From Patescibacteria group bacterium (lineage in GTDB: Bacteria > Patescibacteriota > Patescibacteriia > JAXHNJ01), in assembly GCA_041649715.1 (NCBI GenBank), contig JBAZMP010000003.1, positions 100,894 through 164,893 of the forward strand: a DNA stretch of 64,000 nucleotides, read 5' to 3'. Shown one piece after another: positions 1-9,012 of the stretch (positions are counted from its first letter, which is position 1; every line of letters starts with the position of its first letter). The notes beneath the pieces are model-generated. The model saw only the letters and a list, made by a program, of their open reading frames with translations. It ran no database searches and was not told the DNA's origin. The translations under genes and the position numbers were made by a program.

Positions 1-1197
1 ATCGCCACACTGAGCTAACTGGCAACTGTTCAAACATGAATCATTATTAGAAGAATTGGCATCGTCACAGGCTTCACTGGTTTGTTGGATTCCATCGCCG
101 CATGATTCTATCAAGCAGGTGGCTGAACAGCCATCGTTATCAGCAATGTTGCCATCATCACAGGCTTCACTAGTTTGCTTGATACCATCGCCGCATGATT
201 CTATCAAGCAGGTAGCTGAACAACCATCGTTATTATCCAAGTTACCGTCGTCACATTGTTCACCTGTTTCACTTACATTATTTCCACATACCGGCAGAAG
301 AGTGTTTGTAAACGTACACTTGACTGTTTCCCCCGCCGCAACGCGGTACGTTACAGTCCGGCTTGAGATGTCGCCGGTACTATCCGAGTCGTCGCACGTA
401 ATATCGGTCAGCTCCCAACCAGCCAGTGCGTCTTCCCAAGTTGTATGGGTTCCAGGAGTGACGTATCGAGAAACAGTCGAGCGCGGGCTGATGTTACCGG
501 CAATAATCCCGTGGAAGGTAAACTGGGTTGTCTCTGTTGCGGGGTCGACCAATTTAACCAATTGGACTCTTCCTTCTTGGGTACAAGTGCTGCTGCATCC
601 ATCAAAATTAGTTAAATTTCCATCATCACATTGCTCACTGGTTTGTTGGATTCCATCGCCGCAGACTGGCGGAACAATTATATTTTCTGGCCAGCAAACT
701 GACGTTGCTAACTCATCTTGACCAGCATTATTTACGTGAACCAACAGAGCACATATGGTATGACTTCCTGGTGTTAAATTAAAAGTAACTTCTGTTTGTC
801 CGCTAGCTGGCCAGGGTCCACCCGTACCCCTATCCCCGCTTACAACAGGATCTGTATAATCGCTGTTACAAGCCGCGGGGTTAACGGCAGGATCAAGAGA
901 TATAGGCGTACCATTATCTGTCACTCGGACCCGGTAATGAAAACCGCTACCTGGAACAAAACATTGATTGCCTTGAGGCGCCCAACTCCCCCAAACTTTA
1001 TAGGTATTACCGGTTGTATTAGTAATACCATCAATTGTTATTGAATCTGCCACATCTGCCGTGGTACTTTTTGGCACAAAAAATACCCCGATCATGGAGG
1101 TATAAAAGATGATTGAGAGCATGCTCATGATGTTTATGGACTTATAGACTCTGTGCCATAAAACACGGCTCTTTCTCTTCATTCTTAATTTTGTCAT
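1..1197 (-). CDS. Secreted protein with Myxococcus-type cysteine-rich repeats (CGDG..CDDGN..DGCS..C units, TIGR02232-like), C-terminally truncated at the window edge
   Basis: Minus-strand translation from ATG at 1197 reads MTKLRMKRKSRVLWHRV..MLSIIFYTSMIGVFFVPKS (hydrophobic signal/anchor). At least four tandem ~35-aa units of the form CGDGI(Q/K)QTSE(Q/A)CDDGN..DGCS(S/A)TC follow. The ORF runs off position 1. The +strand ORF 56-721 is its mirror image. Confidence 0.6.
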   Translation of the reverse strand, partial: MTKLRMKRKSRVLWHRVYKSINIMSMLSIIFYTSMIGVFFVPKSTTADVADSITIDGITNTTGNTYKVWGSWAPQGNQCFVPGSGFHYRVRVTDNGTPISLDPAVNPAACNSDYTDPVVSGDRGTGGPWPASGQTEVTFNLTPGSHTICALLVHVNNAGQDELATSVCWPENIIVPPVCGDGIQQTSEQCDDGNLTNFDGCSSTCTQEGRVQLVKLVDPATETTQFTFHGIIAGNISPRSTVSRYVTPGTHTTWEDALAGWELTDITCDDSDSTGDISSRTVTYRVAAGETVKCTFTNTLLPVCGNNVSETGEQCDDGNLDNNDGCSATCLIESCGDGIKQTSEACDDGNIADNDGCSATCLIESCGDGIQQTSEACDDANSSNNDSCLNSCQLAQCGD

Positions 1198-1362
1198 AGT
1201 TTTTGCCCTAATATTAGATAATTTTATTAATATATAAACTGACTTATTTAAGCTTAGGCAAATTTGGCTAAGATGTCAAATAAATAAACCGCCCCTTTAC
1301 TTAACGCCAAAAGGCGGAATCTGTCAAGACTCTTTGCGCACAGCCAGAGTAAATTCCAATTA

Positions 1363-1500
1363 TCAAATCCCAAATCACAAATAAATCCCAATGTCTAAAT
1401 CCAAAATCCGAAAACGGTTTGGAACATTAGAATTTGGTGCTTTGAATTTGTTTGGGATTTGATGCTTATGATTTAGGATTTCAAACGAAAAACCGTCGCT
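1363..1500. repeat. Imperfect long palindrome of AAATCC/CAAATCACAAAT-type units; member of a dispersed repeat (second copy at 39607-39730)
   Basis: Left arm 'caaatcccaaatcacaaataaatcccaatgtctaaatccaaaatccgaaaacgg' is largely complementary to right arm 'ggatttgatgcttatgatttaggatttcaaacg'. It shares the 13-mer 'ccaaatcacaaat' with the 39.6 kb locus. Confidence 0.45.
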
Positions 1501-1517
1501 CAAACCATCAATCAGAA

Positions 1518-2150
1518 TTAATTCTCAACCATCTGCCCCACAACTACCATCCTCTTGCTCGTCGTTCCCGGCGGCCAGCAGGTCACCAGAGTAATCATCC
1601 CTTCGCCCTTATCAACCTTTACGATGGCTGTTTCATCCGCCGAAACGGTCCTTGGGCTTTCTGTCACTCGATAATTAATCCGTTCTTCATTGTTATTTAA
1701 TAACACTATTTCATCCCCTATTTTCAGCTCATCCAACCTTACCCAGACCAGGGCGTATTTCGCGGTCGGATGGAGAGAAGAGCTGTGGCCGAAAAATACG
1801 AGATTTTGTTTTTTTAAATCCGCGATGCCGTTCGGATACTGGACAATGCCGGAATCAAGCTGACTTTCCACCCAGTCGTTTTTGCTGCCCGCCAAATCAG
1901 CCGGGGCCAGGATAATCTCGGCGTCGGTGCCTATCGCGGGAATAAGAATCTTTTTCAAGCCGGCCGGGGAAATTTTATCTTCAACCACCGTGTTAGCATT
2001 CGGTAATTCAACCGTTTGGATCGTGGCAAAATAGCGGCCGTGAACAATCGGCCAGCCGAAAATAATAATCAGGCCCAAACAGACAAAACCAATGATTAAT
2101 ATTATTTTGGGGGCGAAAGACGGTTTACTTTTATTGTTAGCGGTAACCAT
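1518..2150 (-). CDS. Sortase family transpeptidase
   Basis: N-terminal membrane anchor, then the catalytic TLxTC motif region (..GEGMITLVTCWPPG..). Typical sortase length. Confidence 0.75.
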   Translation of the reverse strand: MVTANNKSKPSFAPKIILIIGFVCLGLIIIFGWPIVHGRYFATIQTVELPNANTVVEDKISPAGLKKILIPAIGTDAEIILAPADLAGSKNDWVESQLDSGIVQYPNGIADLKKQNLVFFGHSSSLHPTAKYALVWVRLDELKIGDEIVLLNNNEERINYRVTESPRTVSADETAIVKVDKGEGMITLVTCWPPGTTSKRMVVVGQMVEN

Positions 2151-2411
2151 TTATTTAAAAGATATGATTTGTAAGCCAAATTTTTCTATCTCTTCCCTGG
2201 GCCAAAATTTTACCTCTTTAGTCTTTAAGACGTAAGTCACCTTTTTCTCCAGGGTCCGGCCGGTGTATTCTTTTGTCTTCGGATCCCATTCGCGCAAGAA
2301 CAGAATATCACCCGGCTGGCAGGAAAAATCCGCCAGCCTTAATTCAAAAGACTTATCTCCTTCTAATATCTTCCGGAAAAATTCCGGCCACACTTTTTTT
2401 TCGATATTCAT
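2151..2411 (-). CDS. Small ASCH/PUA-like (DUF3850-like) protein
   Basis: 86-aa ORF abutting the sortase start. The family call is by recollection of DUF3850-type small proteins only. Confidence 0.4.
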   Translation of the reverse strand: MNIEKKVWPEFFRKILEGDKSFELRLADFSCQPGDILFLREWDPKTKEYTGRTLEKKVTYVLKTKEVKFWPREEIEKFGLQIISFK

Positions 2412-2427
2412 TCTATTAATGTTAATA

Positions 2428-2877
2428 TTAAAAATCTTCCTCGGATATCACCTTAATGCCGTTTCTTTTCAATAAGGCAGCGGTGACTCCGTCTCCTTTT
2501 ATTTTATGTCCGGAAAAAGTCCCGTCGTAAGTCAGGCCGCAGCCGCAGGAAGGGCTGCCCTGTTTTAAAATAGCCTCTCTAGCCCCCAACAACTTAGACA
2601 ACTTCAAAACTTCTTTGGCCCCAGCGATAAAATATTTGGTCACGTTTTTTCCGCTAAATTCTTTAACTTCCGCTCTTCCCTTTAAAACATCATCGCCCTC
2701 GCCTTTGATGATCTCGGCGTTTGGCCGAGGCGTGCTTTGACCGCCCAATTGCTCGGGGCAAACCGGCACTAATCTAACTTTTTTTGCTAAATCTAACACT
2801 TTCCGATTCGGTTTGCACTTCCCGTCATACCGGCAATTCAAACCGAGCAAACAGGCGCTGCAAAGAATTTTTTTCAT
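2428..2877 (-). CDS. DUF523 family protein (TudS-like [4Fe-4S] thiouracil desulfidase family)
   Basis: Begins MKKILCSACLLGLNCRYDGK..VCPEQLGG.. and has SPSCGCG. This is the conserved Cys/RYDG pattern of DUF523. Confidence 0.7.
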   Translation of the reverse strand: MKKILCSACLLGLNCRYDGKCKPNRKVLDLAKKVRLVPVCPEQLGGQSTPRPNAEIIKGEGDDVLKGRAEVKEFSGKNVTKYFIAGAKEVLKLSKLLGAREAILKQGSPSCGCGLTYDGTFSGHKIKGDGVTAALLKRNGIKVISEEDF

Positions 2878-2907
2878 AGGTATATTATATGTCTATTACT
2901 TATTGGC

Positions 2908-2936
2908 CGCCAATTGCCCGCAGGCGGCCTTGATAT
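2908..2936 (-). repeat. 29-bp duplicate of the rlmN 3' end (encodes ..IKAACGQLAANK*), direct repeat of 3620-3648
   Basis: 'cgccaattgcccgcaggcggccttgatat' occurs identically at 2908-2936 and 3620-3648. The second copy is the genuine C-terminus of rlmN (..KAACGQLATKDKL). Confidence 0.8.
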
Positions 2937-3076
2937 TGAGGCCTTTTATATTAGCAATATCCTCTTCTCTGATTTTGAATATATAAATAACCCGAGCGCT
3001 AACGCGAGTCATATTATCTAATAATTTATTTTTCAATTTTTTCTTTCAAAACTCGCTTAGATTTAATCTAACATCA

Positions 3077-3568
3077 TTATTCCAGAACTAATCGGCATTC
3101 CTTTTCCACGCATTTTGACACGACTCCCTTGCGGCAAGGAATAGGCTGTCTCGCCTCAAACTCGCTATCACTTTCACCCTGCAACGGTAACATTCCGCCA
3201 TCCATGCAAACACGCATACTGGATCTGACCCTGACATTCCAGCGGGCTAAATATTTTTTGTTAATAGACACATCATCATAGCATTCGATGCAATCATCGG
3301 TATCTACTTTGAGGCAATCGGCATCAGACTCACAGGCAAAATAATCAACAGACGAGCAACCCTCCCAATCTATCGGCCCGCCGTTATACATGGCTACGGC
3401 AGAAACTTCAGTTAAACATAATGGGTTGGCAATCTTGTTTTTTTCGGCTAGGTCATTTTTTAACCGGCTGTTTTCGTTAAATAAAACAATCGTAGAAATT
3501 AACAGCAAAATCTCGGCGATGATTATACCCGAAATTAGTATTCTATAAAATATTTTATTAAGATCCAT
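3077..3568 (-). CDS. Hypothetical membrane-anchored cysteine-rich protein (lies between the two rlmN-end repeats)
   Basis: 163-aa ORF with an N-terminal TM helix (ILISGIIIAEILLLISTIVLF) and a C-terminal domain with about 12 cysteines. The surrounding segment is AT-rich. Confidence 0.5.
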   Translation of the reverse strand: MDLNKIFYRILISGIIIAEILLLISTIVLFNENSRLKNDLAEKNKIANPLCLTEVSAVAMYNGGPIDWEGCSSVDYFACESDADCLKVDTDDCIECYDDVSINKKYLARWNVRVRSSMRVCMDGGMLPLQGESDSEFEARQPIPCRKGVVSKCVEKECRLVLE

Positions 3569-3601
3569 ATGTTTATTATATTAACATTATTTTGCCGAAA
3601 A

Positions 3602-4603
3602 TCATAATTTATCTTTCGTCGCCAATTGCCCGCAGGCGGCCTTGATATCGCGGCCGAAACGGAAGCGTTCGGTGACCGCCACGCCGGCCTTCAATAATAT
3701 TTCCTTGAAATTTTTCACCACCGGAATGGAAGAGGAAATAAAATTACCGGTCGGATTGTAATTGATCAAATTCAGGAAATAAAGCGGCCTTTTTAACAGC
3801 CCGGCCAGCTGCCTGGCCTCCTCCTCCGAATCATTGACGTCTTTGATCATCAGATATTCAAACATCACCCGCCGGTTGGTTTTTTTTATATATTCGTCAA
3901 CCGCGGACAAAACTTTTGCCAGGGGATATTTTTTATTGATGGGCATGATCTTGCTTCTTAACTCGTCATTCGGCGCATGCAGGGAAATCGCCAGATTCAC
4001 CTGCCGTTTTTCGGAGGCAAGCTTTTCTATCCCTTCGGTGATCCCGGCCGTGGAAATAGAAATATGCCTGGCTCCCAGATTAAAGCCGTCTTTATCATTC
4101 AATAATCTTATGGCGGCCATAACATTTTCATAATTTAAAAACGGCTCGCCCATACCCATAAATACAATATTAGTCACTTTTTCTTTTTTTGATTTTAGCC
4201 GTCTGGCAAAAAATAAGACCTGTTCCAGTATCTCGCTGACCGTTAAATTCCTTACCAAACCCATTTTTCCGGTGGCGCAAAAGGAGCAATCCAGGGGGCA
4301 GCCGACCTGGCAGGAAACGCAAACCGTCCGTCTGTCATCTTTGTGTTTCATTAACACGGTTTCAATTCTTTGGCCGTCAGAAAGGCAAAGCAAGGCCTTC
4401 TCGGTCCGGGCATCGACGGAGGCAAGAACTTCAGCATTAATTTCCAGCGGACAGGCTGTTTTTAACTTTTCCCTCAAAGCCAAAGGCAGACTGGACACTT
4501 TCGACCAATCTTGCGCCAAATCCCCTAAAACCGCCGACCAGGCCTGTTTCAGGCGGAATTTCGGCTCCGCGCCCAATGATTCTTCTAAGTTATCTAGATT
4601 CAT
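3602..4603 (-). CDS. rlmN: 23S rRNA (adenine2503-C2)-methyltransferase RlmN (radical SAM)
   Basis: Radical-SAM CxxxCxxC motif (CPLDCSFCATG). RlmN/Cfr-type overall arrangement. Confidence 0.85.
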   Translation of the reverse strand: MNLDNLEESLGAEPKFRLKQAWSAVLGDLAQDWSKVSSLPLALREKLKTACPLEINAEVLASVDARTEKALLCLSDGQRIETVLMKHKDDRRTVCVSCQVGCPLDCSFCATGKMGLVRNLTVSEILEQVLFFARRLKSKKEKVTNIVFMGMGEPFLNYENVMAAIRLLNDKDGFNLGARHISISTAGITEGIEKLASEKRQVNLAISLHAPNDELRSKIMPINKKYPLAKVLSAVDEYIKKTNRRVMFEYLMIKDVNDSEEEARQLAGLLKRPLYFLNLINYNPTGNFISSSIPVVKNFKEILLKAGVAVTERFRFGRDIKAACGQLATKDKL

Positions 4604-4673
4604 AATATGTTATTGATTATACAACAAAATTTCCGATCGATAAACGCGAAAATTTTAAGGATAAAAAATGATA

Positions 4674-4701
4674 TTGACATATTCAGCCAATATATTAGCA
4701 T
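4674..4701 (+). promoter_or_regulatory. Candidate sigma-70 promoter (TTGACA-16-TAGCAT) for 4726..5439
   Basis: 'ttgaca' at 4674-4679 and 'tagcat' at 4696-4701, with a 16-nt spacer. Confidence 0.35.
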
Positions 4702-4725
4702 TTAAATGTCATTAACGAAAAAAAT

Positions 4726-5439
4726 ATGGCCAGAGAACAAGGCTTATCTCATAACCCGGAAGAGGAAAAAATACTCTCGCTCCTCGCGGAGAAGAAAAAT
4801 TTAGACAATCGCGAAATCAGCAATCTCGCTTTTCAGGAAATCGTTCTGTCCAAATTAACCGGTCAATTCGGCCAGGAAATGCTGAAGGCCGGCATAAAAC
4901 CGGAATGTGTCGAACAAATCACGGTGAATATATTAGCGATTCAAGACAAAAAAATCGTCAGCCAGATGCTGGCGCTACCCGCTAAAATGCGCGAAAGTCG
5001 GTTTGTTACTTACGCCCAGAGCGGCAAAAGCGCCCAAGAGATCCTAAAGGATATGACGATCCTGATCGAACAGACTACAAACGCTTTGGGTGGCGCACCG
5101 GTACTTGGTTTTCACACCAGCCGGACAAAAATATCGCCGCATGAACGATACAATCCCGCGACAAGCACTAACGAAAGACTCTGGGTAGTTAGCGGGACGG
5201 AACATACCGATTACGCGGAAACTCCCCAGGCTTATGCCGCCCGGGACTATGAGCATCTCTATCGCAAAAAGGGAGATCCCGCCTACATTTACTTGGTCAG
5301 AGATAACGAAAAAAACGAAATTGACCCGACCACTGGCTGGTCGAGGGCTTCAAGCTTTGATGTAATCGCGGAGTTGAAAACGGCCGAAGTCGACCAGGAG
5401 ATAGAAAATATCGTTAGTCGCTTAAGAACCGTTGCCTAA
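4726..5439 (+). CDS. Hypothetical protein
   Basis: 237-aa ORF with a promoter-like element upstream. No recognisable motifs. Confidence 0.5.
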   Translation: MAREQGLSHNPEEEKILSLLAEKKNLDNREISNLAFQEIVLSKLTGQFGQEMLKAGIKPECVEQITVNILAIQDKKIVSQMLALPAKMRESRFVTYAQSGKSAQEILKDMTILIEQTTNALGGAPVLGFHTSRTKISPHERYNPATSTNERLWVVSGTEHTDYAETPQAYAARDYEHLYRKKGDPAYIYLVRDNEKNEIDPTTGWSRASSFDVIAELKTAEVDQEIENIVSRLRTVA

Positions 5440-5447
5440 AATAAAAA

Positions 5448-5483
5448 GGCATTAGCGACCCCCAAAGGAGAAAAGCTAATGCC
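5448..5483. terminator. Hairpin between convergent genes (9-bp stem ggcattagc/gctaatgcc)
   Basis: Inverted repeat 5448-5456 / 5475-5483 between the 3' ends of 4726..5439 (+) and 5476..5787 (-). There is no strong U-run. Confidence 0.35.
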
Positions 5484-5787
5484 TGTTCAACGTGCTGACG
5501 ATCATACTAGAGATGAGGGTGAAGAAGCCTTCGTCGGTTCCGTAACGGTTCCAGATCTCGTCAATCATATTCTCTAGCCCAGACCCATGGCCAAAGAGAT
5601 CTTTTATTGTCTTTTCTACGCCTTGAGTGTTCCCCTTTCCGATCTGAGTTCTTACATGCCACATCAACACTTGTAAAAGCAGGATCTCATTTACGTCAGG
5701 TGGCGGCCTCTTCGTTTCCGGATGATAATCATCTAGGGTCCACCCGGCTAAAAATTCAGCAAGACGGTGAATGCGGCTGACATTCAA
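5476..5787 (-). CDS. Hypothetical protein
   Basis: 103-aa ORF. No recognisable motifs. Confidence 0.4.
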   Translation of the reverse strand: MNVSRIHRLAEFLAGWTLDDYHPETKRPPPDVNEILLLQVLMWHVRTQIGKGNTQGVEKTIKDLFGHGSGLENMIDEIWNRYGTDEGFFTLISSMIVSTLNRH

Positions 5788-5938
5788 TGAACATCACCTC
5801 CCTTAAAGAAACAGTAAAAAAACTACACTATCTTTCTACTCAAGCAAGTGTGTAACTTATCACACATTGCACTTTTTGTCAAGTAGAAACAAAAAAGCCC
5901 TTATTTTGGAAAAGGACTTTTTTGCATTATTTTCGCTT

Positions 5939-8890
5939 TTATAATATATTGATCACCCGTAGCTGCGGCCCGCCGTAACTTTCCGGCATAACCACCAGCT
6001 CGTCCTGGCCGTCTTCATCCACATCCTGGCCGTAGATGCTTAAATATCCCTGAACCGCCGGCGGAAAAGACCGGACAATACCGGCCCTGATCCCTTGCCG
6101 CGTGAAAATCCTGATTTCATTAGACATGCCTGTTCCCGGCGAGAATAAGATTTCATCGTCTCCGTCGCCGTCCACATCCCCGCCCGCCACCGTGCCGCCG
6201 ATATTATAACTCAAGTCCAGGGCAAAGAAACCCGGCGACAAACGACGGCCTTTGCCGGTGAAAACCTGGATATGGGCCTTGCCGACGTGCGGCACCGTCA
6301 GGATTTCCTTGACGCCATCGGGTTCGATATCAGCCAGTCCCAGTTCAATGCCGCCCCTAAAGCCCCGGCCATAAGCCATGAAATTTCCTATTAATTGCCC
6401 TCCCGCGTTGTGAACAGTCACGTGGGGTCCGCCGCCTGTCAGGGCTGCCACCGCGATCTCCGCCACTCCGTCGCCCGTCATGTCGCCGCAGGCCAGACTG
6501 ACGCCGCCCCGGAAACGACCGTCCAAGGCGAAGAACTGGCCCGTCACCTGGCCGCCGGAATTAAAGATCCGGATATGGGGCGGGCTTCCCTTGCCCGGAG
6601 CCGTCACGATCTCGCTTTTCCCGTCGCTGTTCAGATCGCAAACGGCCACCTTGACGCCGGTCCGGACATTATCGGCGTAAGCGTAAAATTCATTAAGAAT
6701 ACTGCCGTTAAGATCGAATATTCGGACCAAGGGCGGATAGTTGCTGCCGGAGCCGACCACAATTTCTTGGTCACCGTCACCGTTTACCTCCCCGGCGCTG
6801 GTTGAAAAACCGCTGCGCCAGTTCTGGTCAAAGGCAAAAAACTGGTGTTCCGCCTTATTTACCACCAGATTGGATAGGGTCGGCACCTGTCCGCTCAGAT
6901 TTATCAGCCGCAACAGATCGTTCTTAAAATCGGCGACTAGTAATTTATCGTTCAAAAAAGCCATGCCTTTCGGCGCGTGCCATTCGCTTACCTCGCCGGA
7001 ACCGTCACGCTTGCCCCGGAAGCCCGAGCCGGAAACCAAAGAAGTCTCCTGCCGGCTCAAATCCAGTTTCCTCACTCTTAAGCTGCCGGCTTCGGAGATA
7101 TACAGGTTGTTGTCCGGGCCAAGCTCTATGTATTCAGGAATAGCTAAGACCGCGGTCGCAAAACTTCCCTCGCGATAACCCAGCTGGCCGGTTCCGACCA
7201 ATGTCGTCACCCGATTATCAGCCAGGTTGATCGCTCTTACGGCATTATTACCCTTATCCACCACGTAAAGGTTTTTTTCATCGGCTGAAAGGGTCAAGGT
7301 ATAAGGGCCATTAAAACTGGCGGCCGCCCCCACCCCGTTTACAAAACCCTTGCTCCCCGAACCGGCGATCAGCGAAGTCTGGCCGGTGGCGATTTTTATT
7401 TTTCTGATCCGCTGGTTATTGCTGTCCGCGATAAAAAGCGTGTCGCCGTTTTTATTGATAGCGATGCCAGTCGGCCGGTTAAAATAGGCGCAAGCTGAAG
7501 CCCCCCAGTCATATTCATCCGGGCAGGGCCCCCCTTCCTGATAGCCGTTGTCCAAATTTACGTCAATATTGCCGGTGTCCGGATTTATTAAATTAATGAC
7601 ACCCGCCCCGGTCAGATAATGCGTGGTCCCGGTGGCGATATCGACCGAGCGGATTCTTTGGCTGTTCCGGTCCGCGACATAAAGCTTGGTTCCTTTCGGA
7701 TTGATCGCCATGGAAACGACATCGGAAAAACGCGCGTCCGTGCCCGTCCCTTCCTTATAATTATCCATTAAAAAGCCCGCGACCACCCTGACCTCCTGGT
7801 TCAAAAGGTTGTACTCGGCGATCTTATTGCCCTGGGCATAAGCGATATAAATCTTGGTGCCGTCCGGAGAAGTAACCAGCTCCTGGGGCCGGCCTAAAAG
7901 GGACAAAGAGGGCACGCCCGTTTCATCACCGTAGCGATGCCGGCCGGCGATCTTCTGCAAATCTTGCCCGCTCAGATCTGTCGTCTGGATACTTGAACCG
8001 CCGCTCTGAAGCATCAGAATCCGGACGCGGCCCGCCCAAGTTCCGATCAGCATGTCTGACGATTGGTTTAATAATTCTGTTTCCACTCTTCGTATCAACA
8101 TTGATTTACTGCCGCTCCTCGGATTGATCCGCCAGATCTCGTTGTACATGCCGGACGGTCCGGCCGTCACGTATAGATAATTTTTATAATAAAAAACCGC
8201 TCTTGGCTCGGTAAAACCGGAAGCCAGGGTAGTTTTCGCCTTGGTCGTTACGTTAATGGACAAGATTTTGCCGCTTGAGTTTTCTGCCACATAAAGCAAA
8301 CCATTATGATAAGAGATCTTCAAGGGACCGTTCAGGTCAGCCGCCAATACCTCGGGAATGCCGCCGTAGATACTGGTTTTAACGACCCGGTTGTTGCCGG
8401 TATCCGAAATATACAAATAATTCCCGGAAACAATAATCGCATCCGGCCGGCTGATACCCGGCACATATAAACTGACCACAATATCATTCCTTATCCGCCG
8501 TATCAGGCTGGAGCCGGTATCGGCGATATAATAATTCCCATGGCCATCATAGGTTATCCCTTCGGGTTCGCTGAAAGTCGCCTCTAACCTCGTCGTGTCA
8601 AAGTTGCCGTACTCACCGCCTCCGGCGTAAGTAGAAATAATACCATTTTTGTCTATTTTTCTGATGACATTATTGGCCGTGTCGGCAATATAAAGTTCGT
8701 TATTCGGGCCGAAAGTAAAACCCTTGGGCATATCCAAATAAGCCTCATTTGCCTGCCCGCCGTCGCCTGTGTACATTTTACCGAAATATAGGCTGGTCGG
8801 CCCTGTCGCCGCTTGGGCCCCTTCCGCCTGTACGGCAAAAAAACCCATACTGATGACAATAAAGGCGACAAAACATAATAATTTTTTCAT
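5939..8890 (-). CDS. Large secreted NHL-repeat / FG-GAP(VCBS)-repeat protein
   Basis: Signal peptide MKKLLCFVAFIVISMGFFAVQA. Many NHL-like units (YIADTANNVIRKI, YISDTGNNRVVK, YVADRNSQRIRSV, FIADSNNQRIRKI, YVVDKGNNAVRAI). FG-GAP-like DxDGDG units toward the C-terminus (DVDGDGDDEILF, DLNSDGKSEIV). The start is set at the internal Met preceding the signal peptide. The gene is visibly G+C-rich. Confidence 0.7.
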   Translation of the reverse strand: MKKLLCFVAFIVISMGFFAVQAEGAQAATGPTSLYFGKMYTGDGGQANEAYLDMPKGFTFGPNNELYIADTANNVIRKIDKNGIISTYAGGGEYGNFDTTRLEATFSEPEGITYDGHGNYYIADTGSSLIRRIRNDIVVSLYVPGISRPDAIIVSGNYLYISDTGNNRVVKTSIYGGIPEVLAADLNGPLKISYHNGLLYVAENSSGKILSINVTTKAKTTLASGFTEPRAVFYYKNYLYVTAGPSGMYNEIWRINPRSGSKSMLIRRVETELLNQSSDMLIGTWAGRVRILMLQSGGSSIQTTDLSGQDLQKIAGRHRYGDETGVPSLSLLGRPQELVTSPDGTKIYIAYAQGNKIAEYNLLNQEVRVVAGFLMDNYKEGTGTDARFSDVVSMAINPKGTKLYVADRNSQRIRSVDIATGTTHYLTGAGVINLINPDTGNIDVNLDNGYQEGGPCPDEYDWGASACAYFNRPTGIAINKNGDTLFIADSNNQRIRKIKIATGQTSLIAGSGSKGFVNGVGAAASFNGPYTLTLSADEKNLYVVDKGNNAVRAINLADNRVTTLVGTGQLGYREGSFATAVLAIPEYIELGPDNNLYISEAGSLRVRKLDLSRQETSLVSGSGFRGKRDGSGEVSEWHAPKGMAFLNDKLLVADFKNDLLRLINLSGQVPTLSNLVVNKAEHQFFAFDQNWRSGFSTSAGEVNGDGDQEIVVGSGSNYPPLVRIFDLNGSILNEFYAYADNVRTGVKVAVCDLNSDGKSEIVTAPGKGSPPHIRIFNSGGQVTGQFFALDGRFRGGVSLACGDMTGDGVAEIAVAALTGGGPHVTVHNAGGQLIGNFMAYGRGFRGGIELGLADIEPDGVKEILTVPHVGKAHIQVFTGKGRRLSPGFFALDLSYNIGGTVAGGDVDGDGDDEILFSPGTGMSNEIRIFTRQGIRAGIVRSFPPAVQGYLSIYGQDVDEDGQDELVVMPESYGGPQLRVINIL

Positions 8891-9012
8891 GTTTTTATAT
8901 TTATTAATAAGACCCTGTGATATTATTTTAGCACAAATGACACTTATAATCAAGAAAGCTGCGCTTTCTAGATCTGCTTTTTTAAAAAACGGATTTTTGT
9001 TAGAATAAAATC

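Noticed and set aside
56-721. Long + strand ORF with tandem 'SLVC(W/L)IPSPHDSIKQVAEQPS' repeats
   Set aside because: It is the mirror-image reading of nucleotide tandem repeats whose minus strand encodes a coherent signal-peptide plus CGDG..CDDGN..DGCS..C cysteine-repeat protein. It has no start context or RBS and no independent motif. It is also not a CRISPR array (repeats are about 105 bp, in-frame and imperfect).
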